Below, in pieces: positions 42,008 to 54,300 of a DNA stretch of 64,000 nucleotides. The DNA lies in NCBI GenBank assembly GCA_037441385.1, contig JBBISH010000010.1, forward strand, positions 25,615 through 89,614, read 5' to 3'. A program made the translations under genes and the position numbers. Position 1 is the stretch's first letter; each line of letters begins with the position of its first letter. The stretch comes from Myxococcales bacterium (GTDB lineage Bacteria > Myxococcota_A > UBA9042). The notes under the pieces were generated by a model. It saw nothing but the letters and a program-made list of their open reading frames with translations. It was not told the origin of the DNA and made no database searches.

Positions 42008-43429
42008 CTACTTGGCCGGGGCCGGGGCCGCGTCCGCCTTCTTGCCCAGGAACCACTGGTGGTCGGGGCTGGCCAGCACCGCGTCGAGCTTGACTCCCAG
42101 GGCCTTGGCGGCGTCGGCCTTGCCCTTGTCCGCCGAGCCGCTGAACTTCTCGATTAATTCCCGCAGCAGCGGCACGTAGTGGCCGTAGAAATTGCGGGCC
42201 ACCTCGTAGGTGCCGTGCCAGTGCGTGTAGTCGGGCGCCATCATCGCGGCACCGTGGCGGGCGCGGCGACCTTCGTGGTGCCAGATCTCGTACCAGACGT
42301 AGTCGATCATCTGCGAGAAGCCGGGGCCCAGCAACGGCTTGGCGGCGTTGTACAGCTCCAGGCCGGGCTTGCCGAACTTGTCGTTGTACAGGGTCACGCT
42401 GGCGTCGTATTGGGTGTAGAAGCTGTCGGCCCACGCCTCGTTGTGGCAGGCGGTGCACACGTCTTTCATGGCCTTGCGGCGCGCTTCCCAGCCGACCTTG
42501 CCGCCGGGCAGGCCCATCTTGGCATCCGCGACCTCGGGCCGCACCGACAGGACCGGGCGGTTGTTCCAGCTGATGCGCATGCCAATGTCGTGAGTGACGC
42601 CCTGCTTGCGGGTCGCGGACATGTGGCAGGTGGCGCAGGTGGGCGCGGCCGAGTAGTCCTCGCCGACGATCCACTTGGGGGAGTCCAGGTTCATCTTGCC
42701 CACGTTGGCGGCAAAGGCGATGCCGTGCTTGCTCTCTTCGTAGATCTCCTTTTGCGGGTGATCCGGGCCCAGGTGGCACTTGCCGCAGGTGTTGGGGTGG
42801 CGGGCCTGCGCGGCCGAGAAGTCGTGGCGCATGTGGCAGGCCGCGCACGAGCCCTCGCTGCCGTCGGGGTTCAGCCGGCCCACGCCGCTGTTGGGCCACG
42901 AGGCCACGTCGAGCTTGCCGTCCTTGACCTTGACCGTCGAGCCGTGGCACTGCCAGCAACCGTTGACGGCTGCAGCGGAATTGCCGCCGGGGAAGCCTGG
43001 CGTCTTGAAGCCGCGGTTGCCCTCGACCACTTCGGCCAGGGTGTTGTCCAGCGAGCCGATGATCTGCCCGGCCTTGCTGTGGCGCGATCCAGCAAATTCA
43101 GCAACTTCGCGGGCGTGGCAGCGGCTGCAGTCCTTGGGCGTGACCAGCACGGCGATGGTAAAGCCGTTGTGGTCCAGCGCGTCGGCGTCGCTCTTTTCGG
43201 CGCGGTGGCACTCGTAGCAGCCCACGTTGGCGCGGTAGTGCTTGCTCTGGCCCCACTGCTGGTACTGGGCCGGCGAGTCGTCTTTGTGGCAGCCGAGGCA
43301 CTCCTTGGTCTCGGCGCTGATCGAAGTGGGCAGGCCGCTCGTGACGGCCGGGCTGTGCGCTGGCGCCGGCGGGGCGGCGAGGGCAGTGCTGGTCAAACAA
43401 CTCATGAACAATACTAGCAGGGCTCGCAT
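42008..43429 (-). CDS. Octaheme cytochrome c, hydroxylamine oxidoreductase (HAO) family
   Basis: Eight CxxCH (CLGCH, CYECH, CSRCH, CWQCH, CAACH, CGKCH, CATCH, CTACH); GPDHPQ.EIY.ESKHG, HHEGRRAR, PDYTHWHG; signal peptide. Confidence 0.88.
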   Translation of the reverse strand: MRALLVLFMSCLTSTALAAPPAPAHSPAVTSGLPTSISAETKECLGCHKDDSPAQYQQWGQSKHYRANVGCYECHRAEKSDADALDHNGFTIAVLVTPKDCSRCHAREVAEFAGSRHSKAGQIIGSLDNTLAEVVEGNRGFKTPGFPGGNSAAAVNGCWQCHGSTVKVKDGKLDVASWPNSGVGRLNPDGSEGSCAACHMRHDFSAAQARHPNTCGKCHLGPDHPQKEIYEESKHGIAFAANVGKMNLDSPKWIVGEDYSAAPTCATCHMSATRKQGVTHDIGMRISWNNRPVLSVRPEVADAKMGLPGGKVGWEARRKAMKDVCTACHNEAWADSFYTQYDASVTLYNDKFGKPGLELYNAAKPLLGPGFSQMIDYVWYEIWHHEGRRARHGAAMMAPDYTHWHGTYEVARNFYGHYVPLLRELIEKFSGSADKGKADAAKALGVKLDAVLASPDHQWFLGKKADAAPAPAK

Positions 43430-43445
43430 GGTTTCCCTCCTTGGA

Positions 43446-44765
43446 CTAGAAAGCCGTGTTCAGCGTCAGGGCGCCAAAGTGCTCGGTGGTCAGCTCGACG
43501 GTGTCGGCGTACTTCTTGATCGAGCGCATCGCCTCGCCCGGCAGGAACATACCGTAGATCGCGTACAAAGACGCGCCCGGAGCGAATTTCCAGGTGGCGC
43601 GCACGTCCAGCTCCTGGCCCAGATCGGTCTTGGGCTGGACATCCTTGGCGTCGGTCAGCGCCTTGCCGGCCAGGGCGTGGCTGGCAAAGATGTGGAAGTC
43701 CGCGCCCACGCTCAGGTCCTTGAGCGGGCTGGCGGCCACGGTCACCCCAATGTCGCGCAGGCCGCGGTTGGCGGTGTGCTTGGGGATGTTCAAGAACATG
43801 TCCACTTCGCCGTAGTACTTGTGATTGGTGGCGTACAGGGTGTCAAAGGCGTTCTCGGCGTTGCCATCGCCCGACAGTTCGTCGAACACCAGGCCGATCG
43901 TGGGGGTCGCCGCCACCGGCAGGGCATACGCCAACCGCGCACCGGCCATCCATGCGCTGATGTCCTTGGCGCCGGTGTGGCCAAACTGATCATAAAATTC
44001 AGCGGTATAGCTAAGTCCGGCCACCTTGCCGTCGGCGTAGAGGCCCGCGGTGTGGCGCAACTCGTTGGCCGCCGGCACGACGCTGTCGTTCTTGCGGGCC
44101 AGCCACAGCAGCGACACCCGCGCCGCGTCGCTCACGGCGTAGCGTCCGTGCAGGCCACCAAACCAGATGTCGCCCGCCGACACGCCCACGTGGCCATCGG
44201 CGTCGCCCATGTCGCGTTCGGTCAGAACCGTAGCAATCGCACTCACATCCAGCGGACCTTCGTTCCAGCGCAGCCGGGTACCGTCAAAGCGGCGCGCCCG
44301 TTGGGTCCAGTCCACGGCGCCCACCAGCCGCTGGCTGTCCAGGTTGATCTCCTGGCGGCCGGCCTGCAGGGTAAGTTGCGGCATCCCCAGCGGAATCAGG
44401 GCATACGCCTCGTGAATGTCCAGGCCCAGCGCCGAGCTGGCTTGCGTGCCGCCGCCCAGCGGATCGGTCTCTTCGCCCCACACGCGCGTATCCTGCAACC
44501 GCAAGACTAGCTTGGGGCCGCCGGCCCGCTCGGCGGTGACGCCCAGCCGGGCCCGGTGCGACAGCCACTCACGTTCGATGGCGTCGGTGCCTTTGACGTC
44601 TTTGCCACTGTCGAACTGGCCGCGCAGGCGGTACTGTCCGTCAAAGCTGAGCCGCCAATCAGACGACTCGATAGTCGGATGACCATCCGCGAAGACAGCG
44701 CTGGCAAAGGTGGCGTTTGCGGCAAGCGCCAGGAGCAGGAGCCGGGCGTTCTTAGAAGTGTTCAT
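43446..44765 (-). CDS. Alginate-export (AlgE-like) family outer-membrane porin
   Basis: Signal peptide; GQYRLRG, LQDTRVWG, GRQEI..DSQRLVGA.DW...RRFDG, ATNHKYYG.VD, LGQELD; C-terminal Phe. Confidence 0.85.
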   Translation of the reverse strand: MNTSKNARLLLLALAANATFASAVFADGHPTIESSDWRLSFDGQYRLRGQFDSGKDVKGTDAIEREWLSHRARLGVTAERAGGPKLVLRLQDTRVWGEETDPLGGGTQASSALGLDIHEAYALIPLGMPQLTLQAGRQEINLDSQRLVGAVDWTQRARRFDGTRLRWNEGPLDVSAIATVLTERDMGDADGHVGVSAGDIWFGGLHGRYAVSDAARVSLLWLARKNDSVVPAANELRHTAGLYADGKVAGLSYTAEFYDQFGHTGAKDISAWMAGARLAYALPVAATPTIGLVFDELSGDGNAENAFDTLYATNHKYYGEVDMFLNIPKHTANRGLRDIGVTVAASPLKDLSVGADFHIFASHALAGKALTDAKDVQPKTDLGQELDVRATWKFAPGASLYAIYGMFLPGEAMRSIKKYADTVELTTEHFGALTLNTAF

Positions 44766-44914
44766 AAATATCCTTGGTTCTGATTCGACAGAAGCTGCCC
44801 AGCTCTCCCTCCGGGCTACCGGCATGCTCGCGCTGGCGCGCCGCGGAGGCAAGAAGTCAACGGATATCTGACTCCATAGTGTGTCACAGAATTGTCAGAA
44901 GGGGCGCCCGGAAG

Positions 44915-44928
44915 TTGACGTGCATCAC
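44915..44928. promoter_or_regulatory. Imperfect Crp/Fnr-type box on the porin side
   Basis: TTGAC-GTGC-ATCAC. Confidence 0.4.
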
Positions 44929-45134
44929 CCAGCATCACCCAGCGCGGTCGGGGCTTCGCCGCACCATTGCCGCGAATCGCTCGCGAATCAGCAGCCTGCC
45001 CCGGGGCCCTCTATGTCCGGATGGATATGCGGAGTTCAATGCTTTGTCATAAAGCCGTGACACAACGACACGCAAGTCAATCGAGCGTGATTCTTGTCTG
45101 TTGCGTTGAAGCGACTGCCACCGACTTGGGGAAT

Positions 45135-45170
45135 TTGATTTTCGACAAGACGTGGCTTGATTTTGATCAA
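45135..45170. promoter_or_regulatory. Tandem Fnr-type boxes upstream of the giant cytochrome
   Basis: Perfect TTGAT-TTTG-ATCAA at 45157-45170 and imperfect TTGAT-TTTC-GACAA at 45135-45148 (22 bp offset). Confidence 0.7.
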
Positions 45171-45312
45171 GGTGCGACTGTACGTGACAGAGCATGTTGC
45201 GTATGCGGCCTCACTCGGGGGAGATCGGGCCGCGATCCATGCCCTCCTCCTCACGTGTCGGCCAGCCGCGCCCCAGCCCCCGCTGAGCCGCAGCCCCGAC
45301 GCGGAGTGCACC

Positions 45313-48300
45313 ATGCACCGTCCATCGCTGACTTCCATGTTGAGTCTCGTGAACTCCCGTTCACCTCTCAGGGCTTACCTGGCGTTCGTGTGTGCCCTGG
45401 CGTTGGCGGCAAGCCAGGCCGGCTGCGGCGACAACGTAGCCAGCGACGGCACGGGCCAAGGTGCCAAGGCCGACGCCAAGGACGACTCCAGCGTGGGTCT
45501 TTCGGACGCCCAAGGTGACGCAGAAGACGGCGGCACGGGCGATGTCAACAAAAGCGATGGCTTGGAAAGCGATGGCGCCGCCACGGACGGTGCTGCCAGC
45601 GATGGCACTGTCAACGACGGCCTGGTGGGCGATGGCCAGACTGCCGATGAGCAAGATACGGACGCCGCAACGGACGACGCTCAGGCCGACGCGCCTGACC
45701 AACTCGACGGCGACGACGCCAGCGACACCGAAGACGCGGACGACGGCAAGGACGGCGTAGGCCCGCTGCCCGACCTGCCGATCTGGCCGGATACGGCCGT
45801 GGACGATCAAACCCAGCAGCCCGACGAGGCCGTTGCCGATGCCGATGCCGCCGCCCCCAGCGACATCGAGCCCGTGGACGCGACCGTGGCCGACAGCGTA
45901 GACGACGTGGTGCCCCCCGACGCCGCGGCCGATACCAGCGCCAACGACACCACCGGTGCCGATACGACGAGCGATACGGCCGCCCAAGACGTCGGCAGCG
46001 ATGCCAAGCCCTGGGAACCGCCGCCGGCCGAGTGGGAGCCGGTGTGCTTCTACTGCCACGGCGATGCCGCCCTGAAATCCCCGTCGCCGCCTGTGGATAC
46101 CAAGGGTCAAAGCGACCCCAAAGAACATGGCGTGGGTGCGCACGCGTCGCACGTCGGCGTCGCCAACTGGCACAAGACTGTGGCCTGCAACGAGTGCCAC
46201 AAGGTGCCCAAGGTCTTCTTGGACCCCGCGACGCCCACCCACCTCAACGGAGCGACGGATCTGATCTGGGGGCCGCTGGCCAAGCAGGGTGACTACAATT
46301 TTGGCGACCTGGCCTGCAGCAACACCTACTGCCACGGCACCACGCTCAAGGCGGACTTTGGTGGTGAAACCACCGTCCGCAAGCCGACCTGGACCACCCT
46401 GGACGGCAGCCAAGAGGCCTGCGGCAACGCGTGCCACACCAATCCGCCCGGAGGCAACCACCCGCCCGGTAAGGCCTGCCAGCTGTGCCACACCGCCGCC
46501 ATCAAGAGCTACGACTCGGCCACCAAGACCGCGGTCTGGGCCAACGCCAACCTGCACATCGACGGCAAAGTCGACGTGGAATTGGGCGCCACCTGCACGA
46601 GCTGCCACGGCGACCCGGCCACCAAGAACCCCGCGCCGCCGCTGGGCACCAAGGGCGAGACCAAGACCACCGACGTCGCCGTGGGCGCCCACGCGCAACA
46701 CCTGGCCGGCGGCAACTGGCACCGCGCCGTGCAGTGCAACGACTGCCACGTCGTGCCTGTGCAAATCCCCCACGCCAACGGCAGCGTCGAGCTGACCTGG
46801 AGCGCGGTCGCCGTCGCCAGCGGCAGCGTCGCCACCTTTGACGGTCAGACCGCGGCGTGCGCCAACACGTGGTGCCACGGCGGCAATCAAGTGGGCGCCA
46901 AGGCGGGCGGCACCATCAACACCAAGCCCATCTGGAACAAGGTCGACGGCAGCCAGGATGCCTGCGGCACCACTTGCCATACCAACCCGCCCGGCGGCAT
47001 GCACCCCAAGGCCAGCAATTGCGCAGCCTGCCACGGCCCCGTGATCGCCAGCTACGACGCCAACACCGGTGTGGCCAGCTGGGCCAACGCCAACCTGCAC
47101 ATCGACGGCAAGATCGACACCGCCAACCTGACTTGCACCACCTGCCATGGCGACGAAGCGACCAAGAACCCCGCGCCGCCCAAGGGCACCCAGGGCGAGA
47201 CGGCGACCACCACCGCCGCCGTCGGCGCCCACGCCGCCCACTTGGGCGCCAGCACCTGGCACCGCGCCGGCGAGTGCACCGACTGCCACACGCTGCCCAC
47301 CGACCCGATGCACGCCAACGACAAGGTGGAGCTGACCTGGGGCGCGCTGGCCAAGACCAGCGGCGCCAAGCCGGACTTCGACCCCACCAAGCTGACTTGC
47401 AACGCCGCCTACTGCCACGGCGCCACGCTGGAGCCCGCCAAGACCGGCGGCGCGGTGATGCGCCAGCCCACCTGGAACAAGGTCGACGGCAGCCAGGCCG
47501 CTTGTGGCACAACGTGTCACACCAACCCGCCCGGCGCCGGCCACCCCACCAGCACGGCTTGCGGCACCTGCCACGGCGACGTCGTCAAGAGCTACGACCC
47601 GGCCAATGGCCAGACCAACTGGAACAACGCGGCCTTGCACATCGACGGCAAGCTGCAGATCGCCAGCATGGACTGCACCACTTGCCACGGCGACAAGGTG
47701 ACCAACAACCCCGCGCCGCCCAAGGGCACCAAGGGCGAGACCGCTACCACCGCCCGCGCCGTCGGCGCCCACGCCTCGCACTTGACGGCCACGGACTGGC
47801 ACCGCGACACCCAGTGCACCGATTGCCACAGCGTGCCCAAGAGCACCCTGCACAGCGACGGCATCGTGGATCTGGTCTGGGGCAGCGTAGCGCAAACTGG
47901 CGGCGCCCAGACCACTTGGGACACCACCAAGCTGCAATGCTCGGGCAACTACTGCCACGGCGCCACGTTGCTGCCGGCCAAGGTCGGCGGCACCAAGCTG
48001 GCCGCCCCCACCTGGACCACCGTGGACAACAGCCAAGACAAGTGCGGGTCGACCTGCCACACCAACCCGCCCGGCGGCAAGCACGCCCAGGTCGACAACT
48101 GCCAGGCCTGCCACGGCGAAGTCATCAAGACCTGGGACCCGGTTGCCGGCACCGCCACTTGGCAGAACGGCAAGCTCCACGTCGACGGCACCGTCCAGGT
48201 CACCGGCGCCGACTGCACCACCTGCCACGGTGACGCCGCCACCAAGAACCCCGCGCCGCCCAAGGGCACCAAGGGCGAGACCGCCACCACCACCGCCGCC

Positions 48301-51300
48301 GTCGGCGCCCACGCCGCGCACTTGGCGACCAGCACCTGGCACCGGGGCGGCCAGTGCACCGACTGCCACGCCATCCCCACCTCGACCAGCCACGCCGACG
48401 ATAAGATCGACTTTGCCTGGGGTTCGCTGACTCAGACCGGCGGCACCAGCACCAACTTTGACCTGACGGCGCTCAGCTGCACCGGCTCGTACTGCCACGG
48501 CGCCACCCTGGGCCCGGCCAAGAGCGGCGGCAGCATCATGGTCAAGCCGACCTGGAACAAGGTCGACGGCAGCCAGGCCGCTTGTGGCACAACGTGTCAC
48601 ACCAATCCGCCGGGCGGCACTCACTCGCCCAGCACGGCCTGCGCCACCTGCCACGTCGACGTCATCAAGAGCTACGACCCCGCCACCGGCCAGGCCACCT
48701 GGACCAACGCCAACCTGCACGTAGACGGCAAGGTGGAAGTGGCCGGCATGGACTGCACCACCTGCCACGGCGACACCACCACCAAGAACCCCGCGCCGCC
48801 CAAGGGCACCAAGGGCGAGACGGCCACCACCACCCGCGCAGTCGGCGCCCACGCCTCGCACTTGACGGCGACCGATTGGCACCGCGACACGCTCTGCACC
48901 GACTGCCACAGCGTGCCCAGCAGCAACATGCACAGCAACAACGTGGTCGACCTGGCCTGGGGCACCGTCGCCCAGACCGGTGGCGCCAAGACCACTTGGG
49001 ACACCACCAAGCTGCAGTGCTCGGGCAACTACTGCCACGGCGCCACCCTGGCTCCGGCCAAGACCGGCGGCAGCAAGCTGGCCGCGCCCACCTGGACGAC
49101 GGTGGACAACAGTCAGGACAAGTGCGGCTCGACTTGCCACACCAACCCGCCCGGCGGCGGACACGCCCAGGTCGACAACTGCCAGGCCTGCCACGGCGAA
49201 GTCATCAAGGCCTGGAATCCGACCACCGGCGTCGCCACCTGGCAGAACGGCAAGCTCCACGTCGACGGCACCGTCCAGGTCAGCAGCGCCGACTGCACCA
49301 CCTGCCACGGCGACCCGGCCACCAACAACCCCGCGCCGCCCAAGGGCACCAAGGGCGAGACGGCCACCACGGCCGGCGCTGTGGGCGCGCACACCGCGCA
49401 CCTGAGCAGCAGCAGCTGGCACCGCACCGGCCAGTGCACCGATTGTCACGCGGTGCCCAGCTCGGTCAACCACGCCAACAACGTCTTGGATCTGGCTTGG
49501 GGTACGCTGACCCAGACCAGCGGCGCCAACACCAATTTCGAGCCGTCTACGCTGGGCTGCACCGGTTCGTACTGCCACGGCGCCACCCTGCTGCCGGCCA
49601 AGACCGGCGGCACCACCCTGGCCAAGCCGATCTGGAACAAGGTCGACGGCACCCAGGCCGCCTGCGGCTCGACCTGCCACACCAACCCGCCCGGCGGCAG
49701 CCACCCGACCAGCACGGCCTGCGCCACCTGCCACGGCGCCAGCATCAAGACCTTTGACGCCGCCACCGGCCAGGCCACTTGGACCAACGCGAGCTTGCAC
49801 GTCAACGGCAAGGTCGAGCTGTCGCAACTGAACTGCACCAGCTGCCACGGTGACCCAGTCACCGGCGCCGCCAACCCGCCGCTGGGCACGCAAGGGCAGA
49901 CCCAGACGACGCAAAAGGCCGTGGGCGCCCACCAGGCCCACTTGGGCAGTGGCGGCTGGCACCGCGCCGGCCAGTGCGCCGACTGCCACACCGTGCCCAC
50001 GTCGATGACTCACACCGACGGCAAGGTCGACTTGGCCTGGAGCACCCTGGCCCAGACCGGCACGGCCAACCCAACGTGGGACACCAACGCCGCCACCTGC
50101 AGCGGCAACTACTGCCACGGCAGCACCCTGGCGGCGGCCAAGCCGGGCGGACAGATCCAGCGCACGCCCACCTGGACCAAGGTCGATGGCACGCAAGACG
50201 CATGTGGCACAACGTGTCACACCAACCCGCCCGGCGGCAGCCACCCGCAGAGCAGCACCTGCAACCTGTGCCACGACGCCGTGATCACCAGCTTTGACGC
50301 CGCCAAGAACACCGCGGTGTGGAAGAACCCGCTGCTGCACATCAACGGCAACGTCGAGATCAAGACGCTGGACTGCACTACGTGCCACGGCGACGCGACC
50401 AGCAAGAACCCGGCGCCGCCCGTGGACACGCTGGGCAACACCGCCACCACCGCCGCTGGCGTGGGCGCGCACGCTCAGCACCTGGGCACCAGCACCTGGC
50501 ACCGCGCCGGTCAGTGCGCCGACTGCCACAGCGTGCCCACCTCGAACCTGCACGCCAACGGCGCGCTCGACCTGACCTGGGGCAGCGTGCCGCTCAGCGA
50601 CGCCGCCAAGCCGGCCTTTGACCAGCCGACGTTGACTTGCACCGGCTCGTACTGCCACGGCACCACCCTGATGGGCGCCAAGAGCGGCGGCGGCACCAAC
50701 CGCCAGCCGATTTGGAATGTGGTCAACGGTACTTACGACGCCTGCGGCAGCACCTGCCACACCAACCCGCCCGGCGGCACCCACCCGGCCAGCTCGGCCT
50801 GCGCCACCTGCCACCCGGCCACCATCGCCGCCTACAACGCCACCACCAACGTCGCCACCTTTAAGGACGCCACGTTGCACATCAATGGCACGGTCGACGT
50901 GGTGAACCTGACCTGCACGACCTGCCACGGCGACGCGGCCAGCAACAACCCCGCGCCACCGCTGGGCACCAAGGGCGAGACCGCCACCACCACCAAGGCC
51001 GTGGGCGCCCACACTCAGCACGGCGGCACCAGCACTTGGCACCGCGACGTGGCCTGCACCGACTGCCATGCCGTCCCCGCCGCCATGACCCACAGCAACG
51101 GCAGCGTGGATCTGAGCTGGAGCAGCGTGGCCAGCGCCGACTTGGCGGTCCCGGCCTGGAACGGCACGACCACCACCTGCTCGGGCAACTACTGCCACGG
51201 CGCCACTTTGCTGGGCGCCAAGAGCGGCGGCACCGTGATGCGCACGCCCAACTGGACCAAGGTCGATGGCACCCAGGACGCGTGCGGCGTCACCTGTCAC

Positions 51301-54300
51301 ACCCTGCCACCTGGCGGCACGCACCCGCAAAATACCCAGTGCGCCACCTGCCATACCACCGTGATCGCCAGCAACGACCCCGCGACCACCCCGGTCAAGT
51401 GGGCCGACCGCAAGCTCCACATCGACGGCAAGATCGACGTGGGCACCCTGACTTGCACCAGCTGCCACGGCGACAAGGTGAGCAACAACCCGGCGCCGCC
51501 CGTCGGCACCAAGGGCGAGACGGCCACCACCACCGTCGCCGTCGGCGCGCACGCCCAGCACCTGGGCGCCAGCAGCTCGCACCGCGCCGGCCAGTGCACC
51601 GACTGCCACGTGGTCCCCGTCTCGCTGCAGCACGGCAACGGCACCGCCGACATCGCCTGGGGCACGCTGCCCAAGACGGCCAGCCAGACGCCCACGTGGG
51701 ACAAGACCACGGCCACTTGCGCCAGCAACTACTGCCACGGCACCAGCCTGGAACCGGCCAAGGCGGGCGGCGCCATCATGCGCACACCGGCGTGGACCAA
51801 GGTCGACGGCAGCCAGGGCAAGTGCGGCAGCACCTGCCACACCAACCCGCCCGGCGGCCCGCACCCCACCAGCGACAAGTGCAGCATGTGCCACGGCGCC
51901 GTCATCAGCGGCTACGACGCGGTGGCGGGCACGGCGACCTGGAAGGATCCGGGCCTGCACGTGGACGGCACCCTGCAGCTGACCACGCTGACCTGCACCA
52001 GCTGCCACGGTACCGCCAGCACCAACGACCCGATGCCGCCCAAGGGCACCCTGGGCGAGACGGCCACCACCACCAAGGCCGTGGGCGCGCACAAGCAGCA
52101 CATGGGCTCCAGCGCCTGGCACCGCGCCGGCGTGTGCACCGACTGCCACACCGTCCCCACCTCGCAGACCCACACCAACAACGTGGTGGATCTGACGTGG
52201 GGCAGCGTTGCCACTTCGGGCACGGCCACGCCGGCTTGGAACACCACCACCGCTACCTGCTCGGGCAACTGGTGCCACGGCGGCAAGCTGCCGGGCGCCA
52301 ACGCCGGCGGCACGGTGATGCAGACGCCCAAGTGGACCCAGGTCGACGGCAGCCAGGCGGCTTGTGGCACAACGTGTCACACCAACCCGCCCGGCGGCAC
52401 GCACCCGCAGAGCAACAACTGCAACCTGTGCCACGCTGGCGTGATCACCAGCTACGACGCCACCAACAAGACGGCGGTGTGGAAGAATGCCGACTTGCAC
52501 GTCAACGGCAGCGTCGACGTGGTGGGCATGAGCTGCACCAGCTGCCACGGCGACGCCGTAGCCAACGACCCGTCGCCGCCGCTGGGCACCAAGGGCGAGA
52601 CCCTGACCACCCAAGTCGCCGTCGGCGCCCACGCCCAGCACATGGGCCCGTCGACCTGGCGCGGCGCGGTGCTCTGCAGCGATTGCCACACGGTGCCCAC
52701 GTCGATGACCCACACCAACGGCACCGTCGACGTGACCTTCAGCGGCCTGGCCGTAGCCAACGCCGCGAGCCCCACCTGGAGCAAGAGCACCGTGACCTGC
52801 AGCAACGCCTACTGCCACGGCGCCACCCTGCTTCCGGCGGCCACCGGCGGCACGGTCAACCACAACCCGCTGTGGACCAAGGTGGACGGCAGCCAAGACG
52901 CCTGCGGCAGCACCTGCCACACCAACCCGCCCGGCGGCACGCACCCGCCCAACACCGCCTGCAACCTGTGCCACAATCAGGTGATCAGCGGCTACGACGC
53001 GGTGGCCAAGACGGCGACCTGGGCCGACCCCACCTTGCACATCAACGGCAAGGTCGAGGTCAAGACCCTGACCTGCACCAGCTGCCACGGCGACGCCGTC
53101 GCCAACAACCCAGCGCCGCCGCTGGGCACCAAGGGCGAGACCAAGACCAGCGACGCCGCCGTGGGCGCCCACAGCCAGCACTTGACCGCCAGCACCTGGC
53201 ACCGCAACGGCCAGTGCACCGATTGCCACAGCGTGCCCGCCTCGGTTGGCCACTCCAATGGCAACGTCGACTTTAGCTGGGGCGGTACGTCGGCGCTCAA
53301 CGGCGCCAACCCGCAGTTCGTCGCCAGCAACTTGACCTGCACCGGCGCCTACTGCCACGGCAACACGCTGTACGGGCCCAAGACCGGCGGCACCGTGGCG
53401 CGCACGCCGGTGTGGACCACCGTCAACGGCAGCTGGGACGCCTGTGGCACCACGTGTCACACGCTGCCGCCGGCGACGCCGCACCCGCAAAACGAGAACT
53501 GCGCGCAGTGCCACGGCGCGGTGATCAAGTCGATCGTCATGGGCACACCGCCCACGGTGGTGTGGCAGGATGCCCAGTTGCACATCGACGGCAAGATCGA
53601 CACCGGCACCGTGACCTGCACTAGCTGCCACGGCGACAAGGTGGCCAACAACCCGGCGCCGCCCATTGGCAGCAAGGGCGAGACCCAGACCACCCAGAAG
53701 GCCGTGGGCGCTCACGCCGCGCACTTGGGCGTCAACTCGACCTGGCACCGCGACGGCCAGTGCACCGACTGCCACACGGTCCCGGTCTCGATGACCCACG
53801 CCAACGGCACCAGCGACCTGAACTGGAGCGCGCCCAGCAACGCCGGCAACCTGACGCCGAGCTACGCGATCGACGCCAAGTGCAGCAACAACTGGTGCCA
53901 CGGCTCGGGCCTGGGCGCGGCCAAGACGGGCGGCACCATCAACCGCACACCGCTGTGGACCCAGGTCGACGGCACGCAGGACGCCTGCGGCACCACGTGT
54001 CACACCAACCCGCCCGGCGGCAGCCACGTGGCCCACACCGACTGCAGCATCTGCCACACCGCGGTGGTCGCGGCCTTCAACCCGGCCAACAACGCCACCA
54101 CCTGGAAGGACCGCACGCTGCACGTCAATGGCGTCAAAGAGTCGAACAAGTACCACGACTTGAGCGGCTGGACCACGCCGAAGTTTGGCACCAACCACCA
54201 CGGCAGCAACTACTTTGTGCGCAATCAGCAGCGCGACGAGCACAACGTGAGTTGCACGCAGTGCCACGGCGCCGACCTGCTGGGCGGCACGGTGGGCGTG

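Noticed and set aside
45157..45312. TTG start extending the cytochrome to 3284 aa
   Set aside because: The TTG lies within the Fnr-type box; RBS and signal peptide position favour ATG at 45313 or 45337
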